Below are positions 1 through 13,569 of a DNA stretch of 64,000 nt, piece by piece. Location: the NCBI RefSeq assembly GCF_009914755.1, contig NC_060925.1, one strand, 5' to 3'. The notes below the pieces were generated by a model. That model was given only the letters and a program-made list of their open reading frames with translations. It was not told where the DNA came from and did not search any database. The DNA comes from the human T2T-CHM13v2.0 reference genome, Homo sapiens. The translations under genes were made by a program, and so were the position numbers. Numbering within the stretch: the stretch's first letter is position 1; each line of letters begins with the position of its first letter.

Positions 1-2212
1 CACACACATCTGGAACTCAACATCCGGAACTAGTCATACTTGACTCCTTTCTGCTTGGCAAACATATCAAACACTTTTGCACTTTTATGCTTCTCCTCCT
101 GCTGACTCCTCAAGCTTCCAGACTCAGTTCAACTCAAGAAACTTATTGGTGTTCCTGGATTTGTCTTATCAACCATCCCATTCAGAGATAACTGTGGTTG
201 CAAGAACACTTCCTATTTCCGGTATTCCCAGAGCACTCTATACAAATGCTATCAATGCACTTAGCACATTTTACTTGTCCATTGGTTCTCAGGTCTGCCT
301 AAGTGCAGGGACCAGTGCTAGTCATCTTTGAAGCCCTTAATGCCTATCACCATCACACCTTCAATGCTGTGGAGACTGGCTACATGTTTACTGAAATAAA
401 CTAAGAAGGGTAGAGTTGGAGATGCAACTGCTGAACCTAAACAGCACAGGAATGCAGGGTGAAGTCATCAACTTTTTTTTCACTTAGTTTTCCTTTTGCT
501 GGCTTAGTCTAGATACATTTTCAGGGTAAATTCAAAAAGTTCTAATTCCAAATTGGTAAGATTAAAATAAAGAAGATTAACTGATGCAACCTAATTTAAA
601 AGCATTAAGACTCAAAATTTGGCCCAAATTTTTGAAGTTGATCTTAAAACTATCCAGGAAGGGAAAGGATAAATATAAAATAAAGCCCCTTGGATAGATT
701 TTTTAATATTGAAAGATCCAGAAGCTGCTAAATGTCCTACAGAGCAGATAAAGTGCTCCCTATCCCTACCAACCCCTACGGTAAAAGATTTCACATCCAT
801 TAGATGACTTATTAAAGTGATGTCCAGAGAATTGCTTCTGCCCTAGAAGCTTTGCTTGAAAAAAATGTAGATAGCAGAAGAACCACCTGGGAAGCGTGCC
901 GGAAATCCAGCTTCCCAGGTCCCATCCCAGGAGCCTCCAATTGAAGACTTCTGGGACGAAGCCCCAAAATGTATACTGTTAGCTGAGTCTGAAGCATTAC
1001 TCTAGAATGGCAGAGAAAGTATGCAAAGACCCAGACAACTGACTGCAGCAAATGGAACAGGGAGCCCAAGAGACAGGTCCTGACGAAGGACCCCACCTGT
1101 ACTGCAACTCACCAGGTCATTTCCCACAAGCCACACTCACTCACCAGAACCACCACAGTCCTCACCAGAAGTGAGCTTCCGCACAAGGAAAGGCTTTCAG
1201 GCCACTCATCGCCAACTTAGTGATGGCACAACAACCATGCTCCAACCAAAGCTGGGGGATCTGAAGGCCCATGTGAGAACCTGCCCTCAGCCCAGCAGAG
1301 GCAGCCAGCAACAGCTGTCAGCTCTGGCCTGGAGCCTGGTGGGCTCAGGAGACTGGGGAGTAGAGTCTGGGGCCACAGGAGATACCAAGAGAAGCCAGGG
1401 AGGGTTTCAGCTGGCTGTGCCACCATCATTTTGCCTCAGCTCTAAAGACATCATGCAACCTCCTCAGGACCCCTTCCAGGCCTTCACTTAAGAAAACATC
1501 TACAGTGGAACTTGGTACTCTCAGACTGGCCTCATCAACATGCCCTATGACTCCTCTTGAGCCCCAACATAAAGTAATCTGCATTCAGCATCTTCACCTG
1601 CAAAATAGGAGTACTACCACCTACTCACCTCACAGAACGTCTGGGGGATGGTGAAGTAATATGTGATAAAGCATTTTGGAAATTAAAAAATATCACCAAA
1701 GACTATTATTAGATAAAAAATAATAATTTAAGCCAAAATTTCTCTAGTTCATAATGTTAGACCTTGGATGGAAGTCTCATTATCTCAAATGGCTTCTGCA
1801 AATGAAACCAGATGGGTACCTGAGGAAGGCAACATCATTAAACGGGGCAGCAACTGTGCCTAATGGGAATGAAAGCCCAGACTTTTAAGATACAAATGGT
1901 TTCTCAGAAATCTCCCAATTTTTAAAATGAGTTTCTAATTCAAAAAAGTATAAACACCATGTAGGTCAAAGAAAGCATGTCTCTAAGCAGGACTCAGTCT
2001 GTGTGGCACCTGCCTGTGACTCAGGTCTTAGGATACCTATGTCCCACACATCCCTCAGCTCCCTCCAGCCGCACACAAGACCGGCTTTAACTTCACATGA
2101 AAACCTGCTGTCCTGGTAGAGGTGCCCAAAGAAGGAGTCTCCACATTCTCCCAGTATCTGACAGCCTTCACCACCAAGTAAAGGACAGGACAAGAGGCTC
2201 AGAGGGACTGAC

Positions 2213-2623
2213 CAGTTGGCTGGACGTTGACCACGGCTCCCTCGGAACGCTTTCGGGTCATAGCATACCACGACCCATCCGGATCCTGGATCCACTCGGC
2301 GGCCTCGCAGTAGAATTCGCCCTGGTCAGAAGGCTGCAGGTGGAAGATGGTGAGGCGGAAGGTGGTCCTCCCCAGCTTGTCCAGCCGCACCTCCCCCAGG
2401 CTCTGCCTCTGGGCATATTCGCTGCTGGAGTGAAGCATGAAATCTCGGCTCAGGGAGATGACCTCCACGGGCTTCTCGCCAACTTTCTGCCGGAGCCAGG
2501 CCACAGACAGGTGGCTGTGCTGAATGGTCTCTGAGGCCACCTCACAAGTGAGCTCCAGCGGGTCCTGCTCCACTCTGTGCAGAGTCTGGGGCATGGCAGT
2601 GGTCTGCAGGGAGTCTGGGATCA
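2213..2623 (-). CDS. IGSF3: IGSF3 coding exon (exon 4), second V-type Ig domain with EWI motif
   Basis: Acceptor ttgcag| (AG at 2625-2624) and donor G|gtcagt (GT at 2212-2211); 411 nt, phase 1-1. Encodes VIPDSLQTTAMPQ...LTCEV...VAWLR...DQGEFYCEAAEWIQDPDGSW...VNVQPT, with the Ig B-strand Cys, C-strand Trp, DxGxYxC and Glu-Trp-Ile motif. Confidence 0.97.
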
Positions 2624-3421
2624 CTGCAACACAGAAATGTCCTGAGAGTGCAGTCACAAAGCCACAGAATCTGAGACTCCCAGGGCTAAGCTCCCATTCC
2701 ACGCAGGCGTCACTGCACTGCGCCCCTAACAGTCATCCTTGAACCATCGATTCAAGGCCACAGACAGCCCCAAATGCACATAAACAGAAAGTTTTCTGTT
2801 TGGATTTGGAAATGCATTATTTTGGTGCTTACACTTACCTGTCTGGTATTTTAATAACACTTGGATAAAACATGGGGTGTATTTCATATTACATAATAAA
2901 TAAACTCCCTGAAAATACTGTCTTTAAACAATTGTCTTATAGGTCAAATAACATTTGCTGTTGATTCTGGCACTTCTCTGAGATACTTTAACTTCACTTC
3001 TGACTGATCCTGTAATGGAAATGCCTCCTGGAACTTTTAGTTTTACATTTCTATACAACATCCTTTCTTTCCTTCCCACATCCCCATCCTGTAACTTACT
3101 TCAGCAATGCAGCCCTAGGAAGATGATTTTTTTAAAAAACCATTTTTGGTAGAAAAAATAATCATCATACCCTATTTTTAGTGGGTTTAATTTTCGCGTA
3201 ATTCATCGATCAAAGGGGTCCTCACTGGAAGGAAGCCACAGTCTGGAGAGATTCAGGCAAGAGAAGAGATTTTCTCCGTGATCCCTTGGTCAGAATCATA
3301 CCCTGATCCTTGCTTGCACCTTTCTGGAGATTAAATAGCACCACCTTTCTGTCTGATGAGAGTACCCTAGTCACAACTAGTATGTGTTTTCTCCCTGTTC
3401 TCACCCAAGGCTTGGGTCTTA

Positions 3422-3857
<436 letters not shown>

Positions 3858-4527
3858 TTAGTTGTGATAATAAAAACTGGACATTAAGATAGGCAGAAAA
3901 ACAGAACAGCCTTGATAATGGTTAACCCTTTGACACTGGCAAACACTATGACCAGTGCTGCCCACAATGGAAGCTCCTGCATCCCTCTTCCTCATGTTTC
4001 CTTCAGCATTAAGGAGCAACAAGGGAGACAGCCAGTTCATAGTTCCTTACGCATGGAGCCAAAGGACCTTCAATGTACAAGGTCTGAGCAAGGACCCACA
4101 GCCACATGTGCTTCCTGCTTCAGCAGTGCCCCGTGGGTCTCAGAGCTGCCCAAAGGCCTATCCTTCTGAGAGGTTTCTCCTCTCTTCCAACTGATGTCAT
4201 ACGTCTCATCTTCCTTGTCATTCAGATCATCAACCACAAACATCCTTGCCTTATATTTTCATATCCCTTTTCACCAGTTACAGGGTTAGTTAACTTATGA
4301 AATTCTTAACATCTGCATTAGACCTTTTTAAAGTTTCACCCTCAACCACCTATTATTTAGAAGTGAACACAGAAATTTAGTTTCCTTGTGCTATCTGTTG
4401 ACCCCTAAAATATGTTGGGAGTTTTGGGATTTTTTTTAAAGTCAAATGCATGGCATAAAGCAAAATTACGCTACTAAAGAACTGAGTCAGGCCAGACGCT
4501 GGCAACGTGAAGACAGCTTCTCCTTAC

Positions 4528-4905
4528 CCACTAGGTTCATCTTTGCACTGTAACTCCCAAAGTATTGCTTATCAGTGCTGGGTGTGTGGCATTCATACTC
4601 CCCGGCATCCCGGGCCTGAAGATCTGTGATGTGCAATAGGGTTGAGTTCCCCTGGACTCTTTCTATGAAGATCTTCCCTCCGCGGACGCGCTGGGTGTAG
4701 ATGGCATAGGGGAAGGAAGAGTCCATGGTGCTGACGATCTGCACCTCTCGCTCTGGCGACGAAGGCAGGTAAATGGACCACTGGAAATTCTGCTCAGAAG
4801 GTCCCTGGTAGCCACTCACATTGCACCAGATAGTGATGTGGGAGCCCTCCGTGCGGTACAAGGGTCCTTCCTGAACGGTGACCTGCCGCTGTGCTGACAC
4901 CACAC
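4528..4905 (-). CDS. IGSF3: IGSF3 coding exon (exon 3), end of signal peptide and first V-type Ig domain
   Basis: Acceptor ttctctccctcgtag| (AG 4907-4906) and donor G|gtaagg (GT 4527-4526); 378 nt, phase 1-1. Encodes (G)VVSAQRQVTVQEGPLYRTEGSHITIWCNVS...NFQWS...DAGEYECHTP...MNLV; N-glycosylation sequons NVS and NST. Confidence 0.97.
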
Positions 4906-6016
4906 CTACGAGGGAGAGAAACACACACAACATGCTTACTTACTTCTCAGACCAAAATGCAAAGTAGCCAGCAATCTCCAAAGGGTTTGTTATTTGTGTG
5001 ACATGATAATAATATAAACAGCTTACTGGCCCTTTCAAAGGCGCTTTGTGATTTATAAATATTAATTAAAACACTCTGTGGTAAAGCACTGTCCCTAATT
5101 TGCATATATGGGAATTTGATCATGCCAAGATGTGCTTTTGTTACTTATTCAACAGCTGACCCTTGGGAATTTCATTTAGCCCCTCTGTTTGTCATTTATA
5201 TGGCAGTTTTATATCTATTTATTAATGCTGTGTATGAAGTTTTTAATAAAATGAGCAGGAAAAGTTGAATCCTTGGCACAAATTCAGATGAAAACAAATA
5301 AAAGCAACCATCTAGAAATCTGGCTGAAATTAAATGCTTCTTCCTTGGTCTGAGCGCTGGTGGGAGGGAGTCCTGGGAGCACCTTTTTACTGGTGCTGCA
5401 CCCTTCAATTTCCCATGTAGCTGCTCCCCAACACCACCCCAAGGGGCATTCCTTAGTTTCTCTTCCCTCCATAAATGGAGGCAGAGCTAAGCTCCTGCAG
5501 GCTGCTATCGTTTTAAGCTGAGCACACCCAAACACAAATGTGAAGGGCTGAAACAGATCCCTGATGCCCAGATTCCCACAAACTGACAAAGGGGGGAACT
5601 AACAGTGCCCAGCTAAACCTGTGACAAGGACAGTCAGGCTACCCTTGAGTTTCCCACTCAAGACTCCCCCGCTGACCTCCTGCCTTCTGGCTCAGATACT
5701 GTTCTCCAAGGTCACTTCTGCCTGCCTTCTCCATGTTCTTCTTAAAGTGGCATGGTGAGTTTAATTTCTCATTTCACGCCAACTCAACACTGATTGTGCC
5801 TGAGCCACTCAGAAGGCGGGAGGGGGCACAACCCTGCCTCTTCATTTCGGCAGTGGTCACGTACTGCAGGTTGTGAAAAGCGCAGGTGAGTTACAGGCGC
5901 AGCTTTGCCACCAATTAGAGCTGGTTGTGTCATCTCAGACAACTTGCTTTTCTTCTCCAGACCTTGATCTTCTCATCTATCACATGATTTCTAAGAAGGC
6001 CTTGGAGAGGACTAGC

Positions 6017-6217
6017 ATGGGTTCCGATGCTGGCTTTGTCACTTATTAACTGTGATCTTGGATAAGCTGCTTAACCTCTCTAAGCCTTGGTTTTCTCATC
6101 AGTAAGATGGGGATAATAATGCCTGTCTCATAGGGTTATTGAGAAGATTTAATAACATCTGTAAAGACCCTACCACAGAGCCTAGCCCACAATCAGTCCT
6201 CAATAAAGAGCTGCTGG
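6017..6217 (+). mobile_element. MIR SINE
   Basis: MIR core: ...cttaacctctctaagccttggttttctcatcagtaagatggggataataatg...catagggttattgagaagatt. Confidence 0.8.
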
Positions 6218-6838
6218 CTAAGACATATTTCTGCTGGAACATTCTGTGGCTCTGGATCCATAGAGGACAGGATTTGGCCAATGACTGCTTAAGGACATTT
6301 CAATGGCCCCTTGACAATGACACCATCGCTGGGCTGCCCACCTCCTCCCACAGCTGCAGCCCATTCTTGTGATAGCTTCCCTTTTCCCCCACAAATGGGA
6401 ATGGCGGCTGCCCCGGCTATGCCTATCTGAAGTGGATCCAGCTGGTGAACAGCCGGGACAGCTCAATACTAGTGGAGTGCAGCTCTCTGCCCAGCCCAGC
6501 AGGGGACTGTGCCTCAGTGTAAGCTAATCTAATCTGCAAGATGACAGACCTCAAAAACGGCCCATACAATGAAATGCCCATGGCTTGCAAAACTTTAATT
6601 CATGCAGAACCTTTCCTCACAAACAAAATCTTACACAGAACCCCATCTTGGCTTCAGCAGAATCAGGAAAAATACAAAATTGGCAGGGGAAGGAAATAAA
6701 CAGAACAAGTGGTATCTGAATTTATTTGATATATTCTGGTTGATGGCATTAATTATGATATTTAAAGTAACCATGAGGACAACTCATTAGTAATATCAGT
6801 ATGTTAAAATATGATGCATAACATTTTTACTATATGTA

Positions 6839-7152
6839 CAGTCATGCACTGAATAACATTTCAATCAATGAGGAAACACATGTGCAACAGTGATCCTGTA
6901 AGATTATAATGGAGCATATATAGAGATCTAATATATGGCACTTAATGTTGGCATGGCAGATCAAGTAGGGGAAATGACTGATATTCAGTAACAGTGCTGG
7001 GACATTTCATTTTCCATAATAAAATATATAAATGAAAATATATATCCCATCTAGGTTTGTTGAAGTACACCCTATGATGTCCACACAAGAATGAAATTGC
7101 CGAATGATGCACTTCTTAAAACATGTCCCCATCATTAAGTGACCCATGACTG
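6839..7152 (+). mobile_element. Tigger3-family (Tigger3d-like) non-autonomous DNA transposon
   Basis: TIRs CAGTCATG...CATGACTG flanked by TA on both sides (6837-6838, 7153-7154); internal AAGATTATAATGGAGC and CCATCTAGGTTTGT..AAGTACAC typical of Tigger3. Confidence 0.8.
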
Positions 7153-7359
7153 TATACACACACAAATATGGTGACATTTTAATCAAATGATTGCAGTATT
7201 CCTGAAACACAGAACATTTTGCAAACAATTTAACTACATTCATAACATTAGGTATCCTTTGAATTGCGGTGTTCTATGACAGCGCAACTACAACCAACCC
7301 CCATACATCTCCTGCAAAGAAGGCTAGAGGCAAGTCAGGGTACACCAGCATCTTTAAGG

Positions 7360-7517
7360 ACTGCTTCTCAATCCTGGACCTACACTGGAATCACCTGGGG
7401 AGCTTTAAAGAACTAACAGTGCCTGGACCCCACCTGACATAACTGGTCTTAGGATTAATTAGGATTTTTTTTTGAAGCTCCACAGATGATTCAAATCAGG
7501 TGTAGCAAAGCACTGTT
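7360..7517. mobile_element. MER5-like hAT-Charlie fragment
   Basis: cttctcaa...ggaatcacctggggagcttt...gctccacagatgattc resembles MER5. Confidence 0.55.
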
Positions 7518-8515
7518 ACTTTAAAGTGTCTCTACCTACATGGTGCCAGCCAAGTGCTCAAATGAAATATCTTAAGGCTCTCACTAGCTTTAAGTTTCTC
7601 TCTTTGGTAGAGACCCAATCACTGGTTCAAGAAAGCTTCATTCTCCTCCAGTCTTCCCCAGTGCAAAAGAAAACATCTGAGACCCATCAGATACTAGCAT
7701 TTGTGAGGCAATAACGAGTTTAACCAGAATGCATCCTATTTACAGACCTTACAAAGGCACTCGGCCAGCGGATCATGCACGTCCTCCCCACCCAATGGTA
7801 AACAGTGTTAAGTGGCCTGAATGAGCCAGGACAGCAGGGTCAAATCAACTTGTCTAGGCTGGAAGCAGGTTATAAACAATCCAGACAAATAACTACTGGA
7901 TTGCACTTTAACCACACACATTCAGCTGCACCTGTTTATTAAATACCTCCTTAATTTCCCTCTGCCCCACAAAGGGCTTCTGACCCCTGAAAATAATGCT
8001 TCTCAACATAAAAATAATTGTTTTCTTCTTGGCAGTTTAATTCCCCTTCCACACATCCCACCCCACCATTCCCCTATAATAGTAATACCCTGCTGTGCAG
8101 ACCTCTGCTGCCTCCAAAGAGACACAGGCTCCCAACCCTGACCAGGGCATCCTCTGACCCACAGCCCCTCTCTCTCCCCTCCCAACCTACAATAGAAAGT
8201 TCCTCCCAGGCAAGGATCTTTTTTTTTTAAATAACTTTTTTAACTTTAGACATTCTGTACTCTTTGGATTACTCTGCAATAAGCAAATATGACTTCTGTA
8301 ACATAGAAAGAAAGATCAAAATGTTATATATAACTGCATGAAAAGAACTAGAAAGAAAATACTAGGTGACAGGATGGCAAGTGATTTTTATTTTTTTCTT
8401 AATATTTTACTCCTTCCCCCAGTCCTCTGCAATGAGTATGTACCAGTTTTATAACTAGAAAAAAATTTTAGCCAAAAATAAAAATAATGCATGTTTGCTA
8501 TATAAAATTCACTAC

Positions 8516-8952
8516 TGTAGTATTTATATATATATACATATTTGGTCTTTGTCCCCAGTTCCTGGCACTGAGCTCCTAAACCCCTTGGAACTTCCTAAGC
8601 AATGGGAGTACCTTTTGTTATTTATAAGAAGCCCCTTTTGGCCATCCCAGAGTTTATGCTAACGAGGTGACTGAAGGTGAGCACGGAGGCAGTTTCAAGG
8701 AAGGAGCTGGCCACGCTTAGAGTTGTGGAGTTTTCCGCCCCAGCCTTAGACCTCCAAGGACAAGAAGGGGACTGCAGATTGATCCAATCAGCATTGGTCA
8801 GTGATTTGATCAGTCATACCCATGTAATGAAATCCCATATGAAAACCCTAAATAATGGAGTTAGGAGAGCTTCTGGGTGCTGGAAGCGGCGTGCACCAGG
8901 AGAGGGCATGGGCAGTCAGCACTACTCCCCTCTCAGACCTTGCCCTATGCAC
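8516..8952 (+). mobile_element. MER21-like LTR (partial)
   Basis: atatttggtctttgtccccagttcctggcactgagctcctaaaccccttggaa...gagtttatgctaacgaggtgact matches the MER21 5' part. Confidence 0.65.
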
Positions 8953-9192
8953 TAAATAGGACTGACCTACGTGACCAATAGGAAATGCACAAATGGTGGA
9001 ATGTGACTTCCAGGGCTAGGTCATAAAAAGACAAGCATGATGTTATGAGGACATCAAAGCAGCCATATGGGGAAGACCACATGAGGCCTCCTGCCAACAG
9101 CTAGCACTAACTTGCTAGCATGTGACTGGAAGTAGATTCTCCAGCCACAGTCAACTCAGTCAAGCCTTCAGATAATGTCAACCCCAGGCATC

Positions 9193-9908
9193 TTTTTGTT
9201 GTTGTTGAGACAGGGTCTCACTCTGTCACCCAGGCTAGAGTGCAGTGGTGCAATCATAGCTCACTGCAGCCTTGACCTCCGAGGCTCAAGTGATCCTCCC
9301 ACATCAGCCTCCTGAGTATCTGGGACCACCAGCACACACCACCATGCCTGGCTAAATTTTTTATTTCTTATAGAGACGGGATGATATGGTTGGGGTCTCT
9401 GTACCCACCTAAATCTCATGTTCAATTATAATCCCCAATGTTAGAGGTGGGGCCTGGTGGGAGGTGACCGGATCACAGGAATGGATCTTTCATGAATGAT
9501 TTAGCTTCACCCTTTTGGTGCTGTGCTTGTTAGAGTTCTCACAGTATCTAATTGTTTAAAAGTGTGTGGCACCTCCCCCCTCTCTCTCTTGCTCCTGCTT
9601 TGGCCACGTAAGGCGCGCCTGCTTCCCCTTCACCTTCCACCATGATTGAAAGTTTCCTGTGGTTGCCCCAGAAGCCGAGCAGATGCCAGCATTATGCTCC
9701 CTGAACAGCCTGTGGAACTGTGAGACAATTAAACCTCTTTTCTTTATAAATTCTCCAGTCTCATGTATTTATAGCAATGTGAGAACTGACTAATACATAG
9801 GGTCTCACTGTGTTGCCCAGGCTGGTCTCAAACTCCTGGGCTCAAGTAATCCTCCTGGCTTTGCTTCCCAGAGTGTAGGGATCACAGGCATGAGCCACTG
9901 AACCTGCC
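9193..9908 (-). mobile_element. AluJ-like element split by MSTA (pieces 9193-9381 and 9798-9908)
   Basis: AluJ diagnostics (atcatagctcactgcagccttgacctcc; aactcctgggctcaag); the two pieces are collinear across the LTR. Confidence 0.85.
9382..9797 (+). mobile_element. MSTA solo LTR (ERVL-MaLR)
   Basis: Starts TGATATGGTT and ends GACTAATACA; internal AAATCTCATG, GAGGTGGGGCCTGGTGGGAGGTGA and ATTAAACCTCTTTTCTTTATAAATT. Confidence 0.88.
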
Positions 9909-11851
9909 CCTTTCCCCCCAACAACATCTTGACTGCAACCTCCTGGGAGACTCCGAGTCAGAAGTATCCAGTTAAGATGTTACTGACTTTCTGAACCACA
10001 GAAACTGTGAGATAATAAACATCTATTGTTCCTTTAAGCCTTAAGTTTGGGGCTTTTTTTTTTACATCAATATATAACTAATGTAGACACCTGCAGTCCC
10101 TAAGATTGAATGCAAAATTGTGTTACATACACATGAGTGTGTTCTTCTGGGAAAAGAGTCCATAAACTTCAAAAGATTCTCAAAGGAATTCAAGACCCAA
10201 AAAGATTAAGAAACATTGCATCAGACAATAAATTGTCAATGAGCAAGGTCCTGTCCTTTTAGATTGGGTTTTGAAATCACCCATCCCACAAATACATGAT
10301 ACCACTTAACTAGTTTTTCAAGATATTTCTTGTTCAAAGATGCTCCCACTTTTTCTTTGTGCTCAAGTCCTAGATAAACCTGGCTAGGGGCAGGAGGTAT
10401 GACTCAGGAGTTAGTGAGCAGGGAGGGGTCACTGTGTCTGGGAAAGCCAGCTTCTCATGCAATTTTTGGAATATGCCTTGGCTCAGAAACCTACCTCTCT
10501 AGGCACAGGATCCAACTTATATGTTCAAGATGCGTGACTGAGCATGTGAAAGTGTCAGAGGGATCGACCTCACCATTTTACATCTACTTTTCCAGTTATG
10601 GCCTCTACAATCATCAAAGCTCATTCAGCACCATGCTCCTCCAAATTCTGCATGCGACTCAGCCACACTAGTATCTTTCTTCATCTATAAGATGAAAGTA
10701 ATACAACATACCATGTAGCAAACTCACAGGAGACCCTAGAGATCAAATAATACTGTGAAAGCCACCAAATGAATATTTTAAAATTTTATCTCATTTCTGC
10801 CAAGGTGAGATATCAATATATAAACAGGATAAATCTTTGTAAGTACAAGAACATTAAAAAGAACATTAAGTTTGGGTAAAAAATGCAAAACTGCATATGC
10901 AGTAAAATTACATTAAAAAAAAAAAATCCTACACCTACAAAAACAACCAAACAAAACATTGATGATACTGGGCTGAATCGCTGAATGGTGAGAATTTGAG
11001 TGATTTTCTCCTCTCCTATTTTTCTCAATACCTTTTCTCTATTATCTCCTTTTTTTAAATAAGCAAGTATATATTGTTCTAAACTGAAGACAAATGATCA
11101 TAATGAGTAGCACTTTCCCAGGCACTGTCCTAGTTTCTCTGCATACATCATCTCATTTAATCCTCACAACAGTGAATGGGGTCGATTTCATTACAGCCAC
11201 ATTTACCAGACAAGGAAATGGTTTTCAAGGTTAAGTAAACTTCTCATGACACAGAATGTGACTAAGAGTTTTCTTATTCCATGGCTCACACTAAATGTGC
11301 TCTGTGAATATCAGTGAGAAGTAATAAAGCACTGACTGGATCTTCTTGCCCACCTGGTCCTAAAGGAAATGATGGGGAATCTATGCAGTCCCAAGTTAAA
11401 AATGGGAACTGAACTGAGCTGCCACAGCATGCTGAATTGGTGGAGTCCAGGCCAACTAAGTGCTTCATGGAACTTAAAGGCTCCAGAGAGAAAGCAATCG
11501 GGAAGGCCACTTCCACAGGCACATCGGTGACAACTTCTGGGGATTCTTACCTGTCAGCCTTCGGCCAAGGAAGGACAGGAAGTGGCATGGGCTAAAAGAT
11601 CCTTTGTTTGACCTCTTTCCAGATCAGGTGACAGGAAAACACAACACTTGAACCTTTCCAATAAGGACAGCCAGCACTTACTGAGCCCCAGCCAGGTAAC
11701 TGACACTGTTCCAAGTACTCTGCTTGTATAACCAGCTTTAACCTTGCAACAGCCCTCTGAGGTCAATACTCCTAGTGACCTCACTTTACGGATGCAGAAT
11801 CTGAGGCAAGGAGTTAGGGAGTAAATGAAGCTGGCTAAACACACTTGCACT

Positions 11852-12093
11852 GGCCAGGCACGGTGGCTCATGCCTGTAATCCCAGCACTTTGGGAGGCCA
11901 AGGCAGATGGATCACTTGAGGTTAGGGGTTCGAGACCAGCCTGGCCAACATGGTGAATCCCCAGCTCTACTAAAAATACAAAAATTAGCCGGGTGTGATG
12001 GCACACGCTATCAGGAGGCTGAGGCAGGAGAATTGCTTGAACCTGGGAGATGGAGGTTGCAGCAAGCCGAGATCGCACCACTGCACTCCAGCC
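11852..12093 (+). mobile_element. AluS, 3'-truncated with small internal deletion
   Basis: Standard 5' end; lacks CCTGTAATCCCAGCTACT near 12007; stops at CACTCCAGCC with no A-tail. Confidence 0.9.
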
Positions 12094-12130
12094 CACTCGG
12101 TCAATGTCACTGCCATCAAGGGACAGTCTA

Positions 12131-12552
<422 letters not shown>

Positions 12553-12559
12553 GGTCCCT

Positions 12560-12667
12560 GAGGATCCCTCGAGCCTGGGAGGCCGAGGCTGCCGTGAACA
12601 ATGATTGTGCCACTGCACTCCAGCCTGGGTGACAGAGCGAGATCTTGTCTCAAAAAAAAAAAAAAAA
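12560..12667 (+). mobile_element. AluJ-like right-arm fragment with A-tail
   Basis: gaggatccctcgagcctgggaggccgaggctgccgtga...cactccagcctgggtgacagagcgag...A16. Confidence 0.85.
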
Positions 12668-12789
12668 TGGCTCTTGAAACAGCCATCAATTCCCATGTGA
12701 TAAATGCACTGTCACAATCCAGCAGCAAACCTAAAGTTTGGATGGAATTCCTAAGTCTTCGCCTTCACTGACTTCCCACAGCATGGGCA

Positions 12790-12960
12790 GTAGCTGTGAG
12801 ATCTTGGGCTGGTTACTTAACCTCTCTGCACCTCAGTTTCCTCATCTGTAAAGTGGTATAATTGTCACAGCGTTATGGAAGGATTAAATGAGTTGCTACA
12901 TTTAAAACTTAATTCCTGGCACACAATAAGTGCTCAATAAATGTTTAGCCACTAGTTGCA
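12790..12960 (+). mobile_element. MIR SINE
   Basis: ggttacttaacctctctgcacctcagtttcctcatctgtaaag...ggattaaatgag...tgctcaataaatg. Confidence 0.8.
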
Positions 12961-13017
12961 GTAGTAGCAATAGTAGTGATATTAACTCTAGCTGTGGAAC
13001 TAATTTCTCCCACACAC

Positions 13018-13560
13018 CGTGGCAGGTTGTATTCTCCAGACACAGCAGTAACAATATCTCCTTCCCACATGCTCTTTTGCAATGTGACCATGCCACACAC
13101 TCCCATCAAGAGGTGGAGTTTAGAATAATTCCCTTCTCTGTGTATCTGGGCAGGAAGTCACTGTGTGGCTTCCAATCCTAGGTCATGGAAAGTGATGTAG
13201 CTTCCATTTCACTCAGGGTGTCCTGAACCACCACATAAGACAGCCAACGGTCCTGAGGCCATGCTGTGAGGGGGCCCAAGGCACATGGAGAGGCCCTGGG
13301 CAGGTGCTCCAGTCCAGAGCTGGCTCCAGCCAGGTCCACCTGCCACAATGTGAGTGAATGAGCCAATCAGCACCCAGCTCCACCTGCCACCATGTGAGTG
13401 AACAAGCCTCCACTGTGAGCTGCCCCCAGCCTTGGAACTTCCAGCCATGCCTGCTGTGCCTCTAAATTCTCGACCCACAGATTCTGTGAGCATAACAAAA
13501 TTGTTGTTTTAAGCCACTGAGGTTTGGAAACATTTGTTACATAGAAAGGTAACAAGAACA
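13018..13560 (+). mobile_element. MLT1 (H-like) MaLR LTR
   Basis: cccacatgctcttttgcaatgtgac...cccatcaagaggtggag; 3' end ttgttgttttaagccactgaggtttgg...tgttac...aaca. Confidence 0.7.
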
Positions 13561-13569
13561 TATGCTATG

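Larger units (their letters stand above)
8960..10085 (+). mobile_element. MLT1 (MaLR) LTR, interrupted by an Alu that is itself interrupted by MSTA
   Basis: tgacttccagggctaggtcataaaaag...cagtcaagccttcagat (to ~9185); resumes ~9920 with gactgcaacctc...cacagaaactgtgagataataaac...tttaagcc. Confidence 0.65.

Noticed and set aside
612-1491. Possible alternative IGSF3 exon among the ORFs downstream of exon 4
   Set aside because: No acceptor/donor pair giving an in-frame, Ig-compatible exon was found by eye; the next coding exon is probably outside the window.
2624-2702. N-terminal extensions of the 167-aa and 148-aa ORFs
   Set aside because: Intronic sequence upstream of clear splice acceptors; the true start is at 54772.
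4487-4527. Read-through of exon 3 (GKEKLSSRCQRLA*) or exon 4 (GQSL*) as secreted isoforms
   Set aside because: I found no convincing nearby minus-strand AATAAA; the ORF extensions are what any intron start would give.
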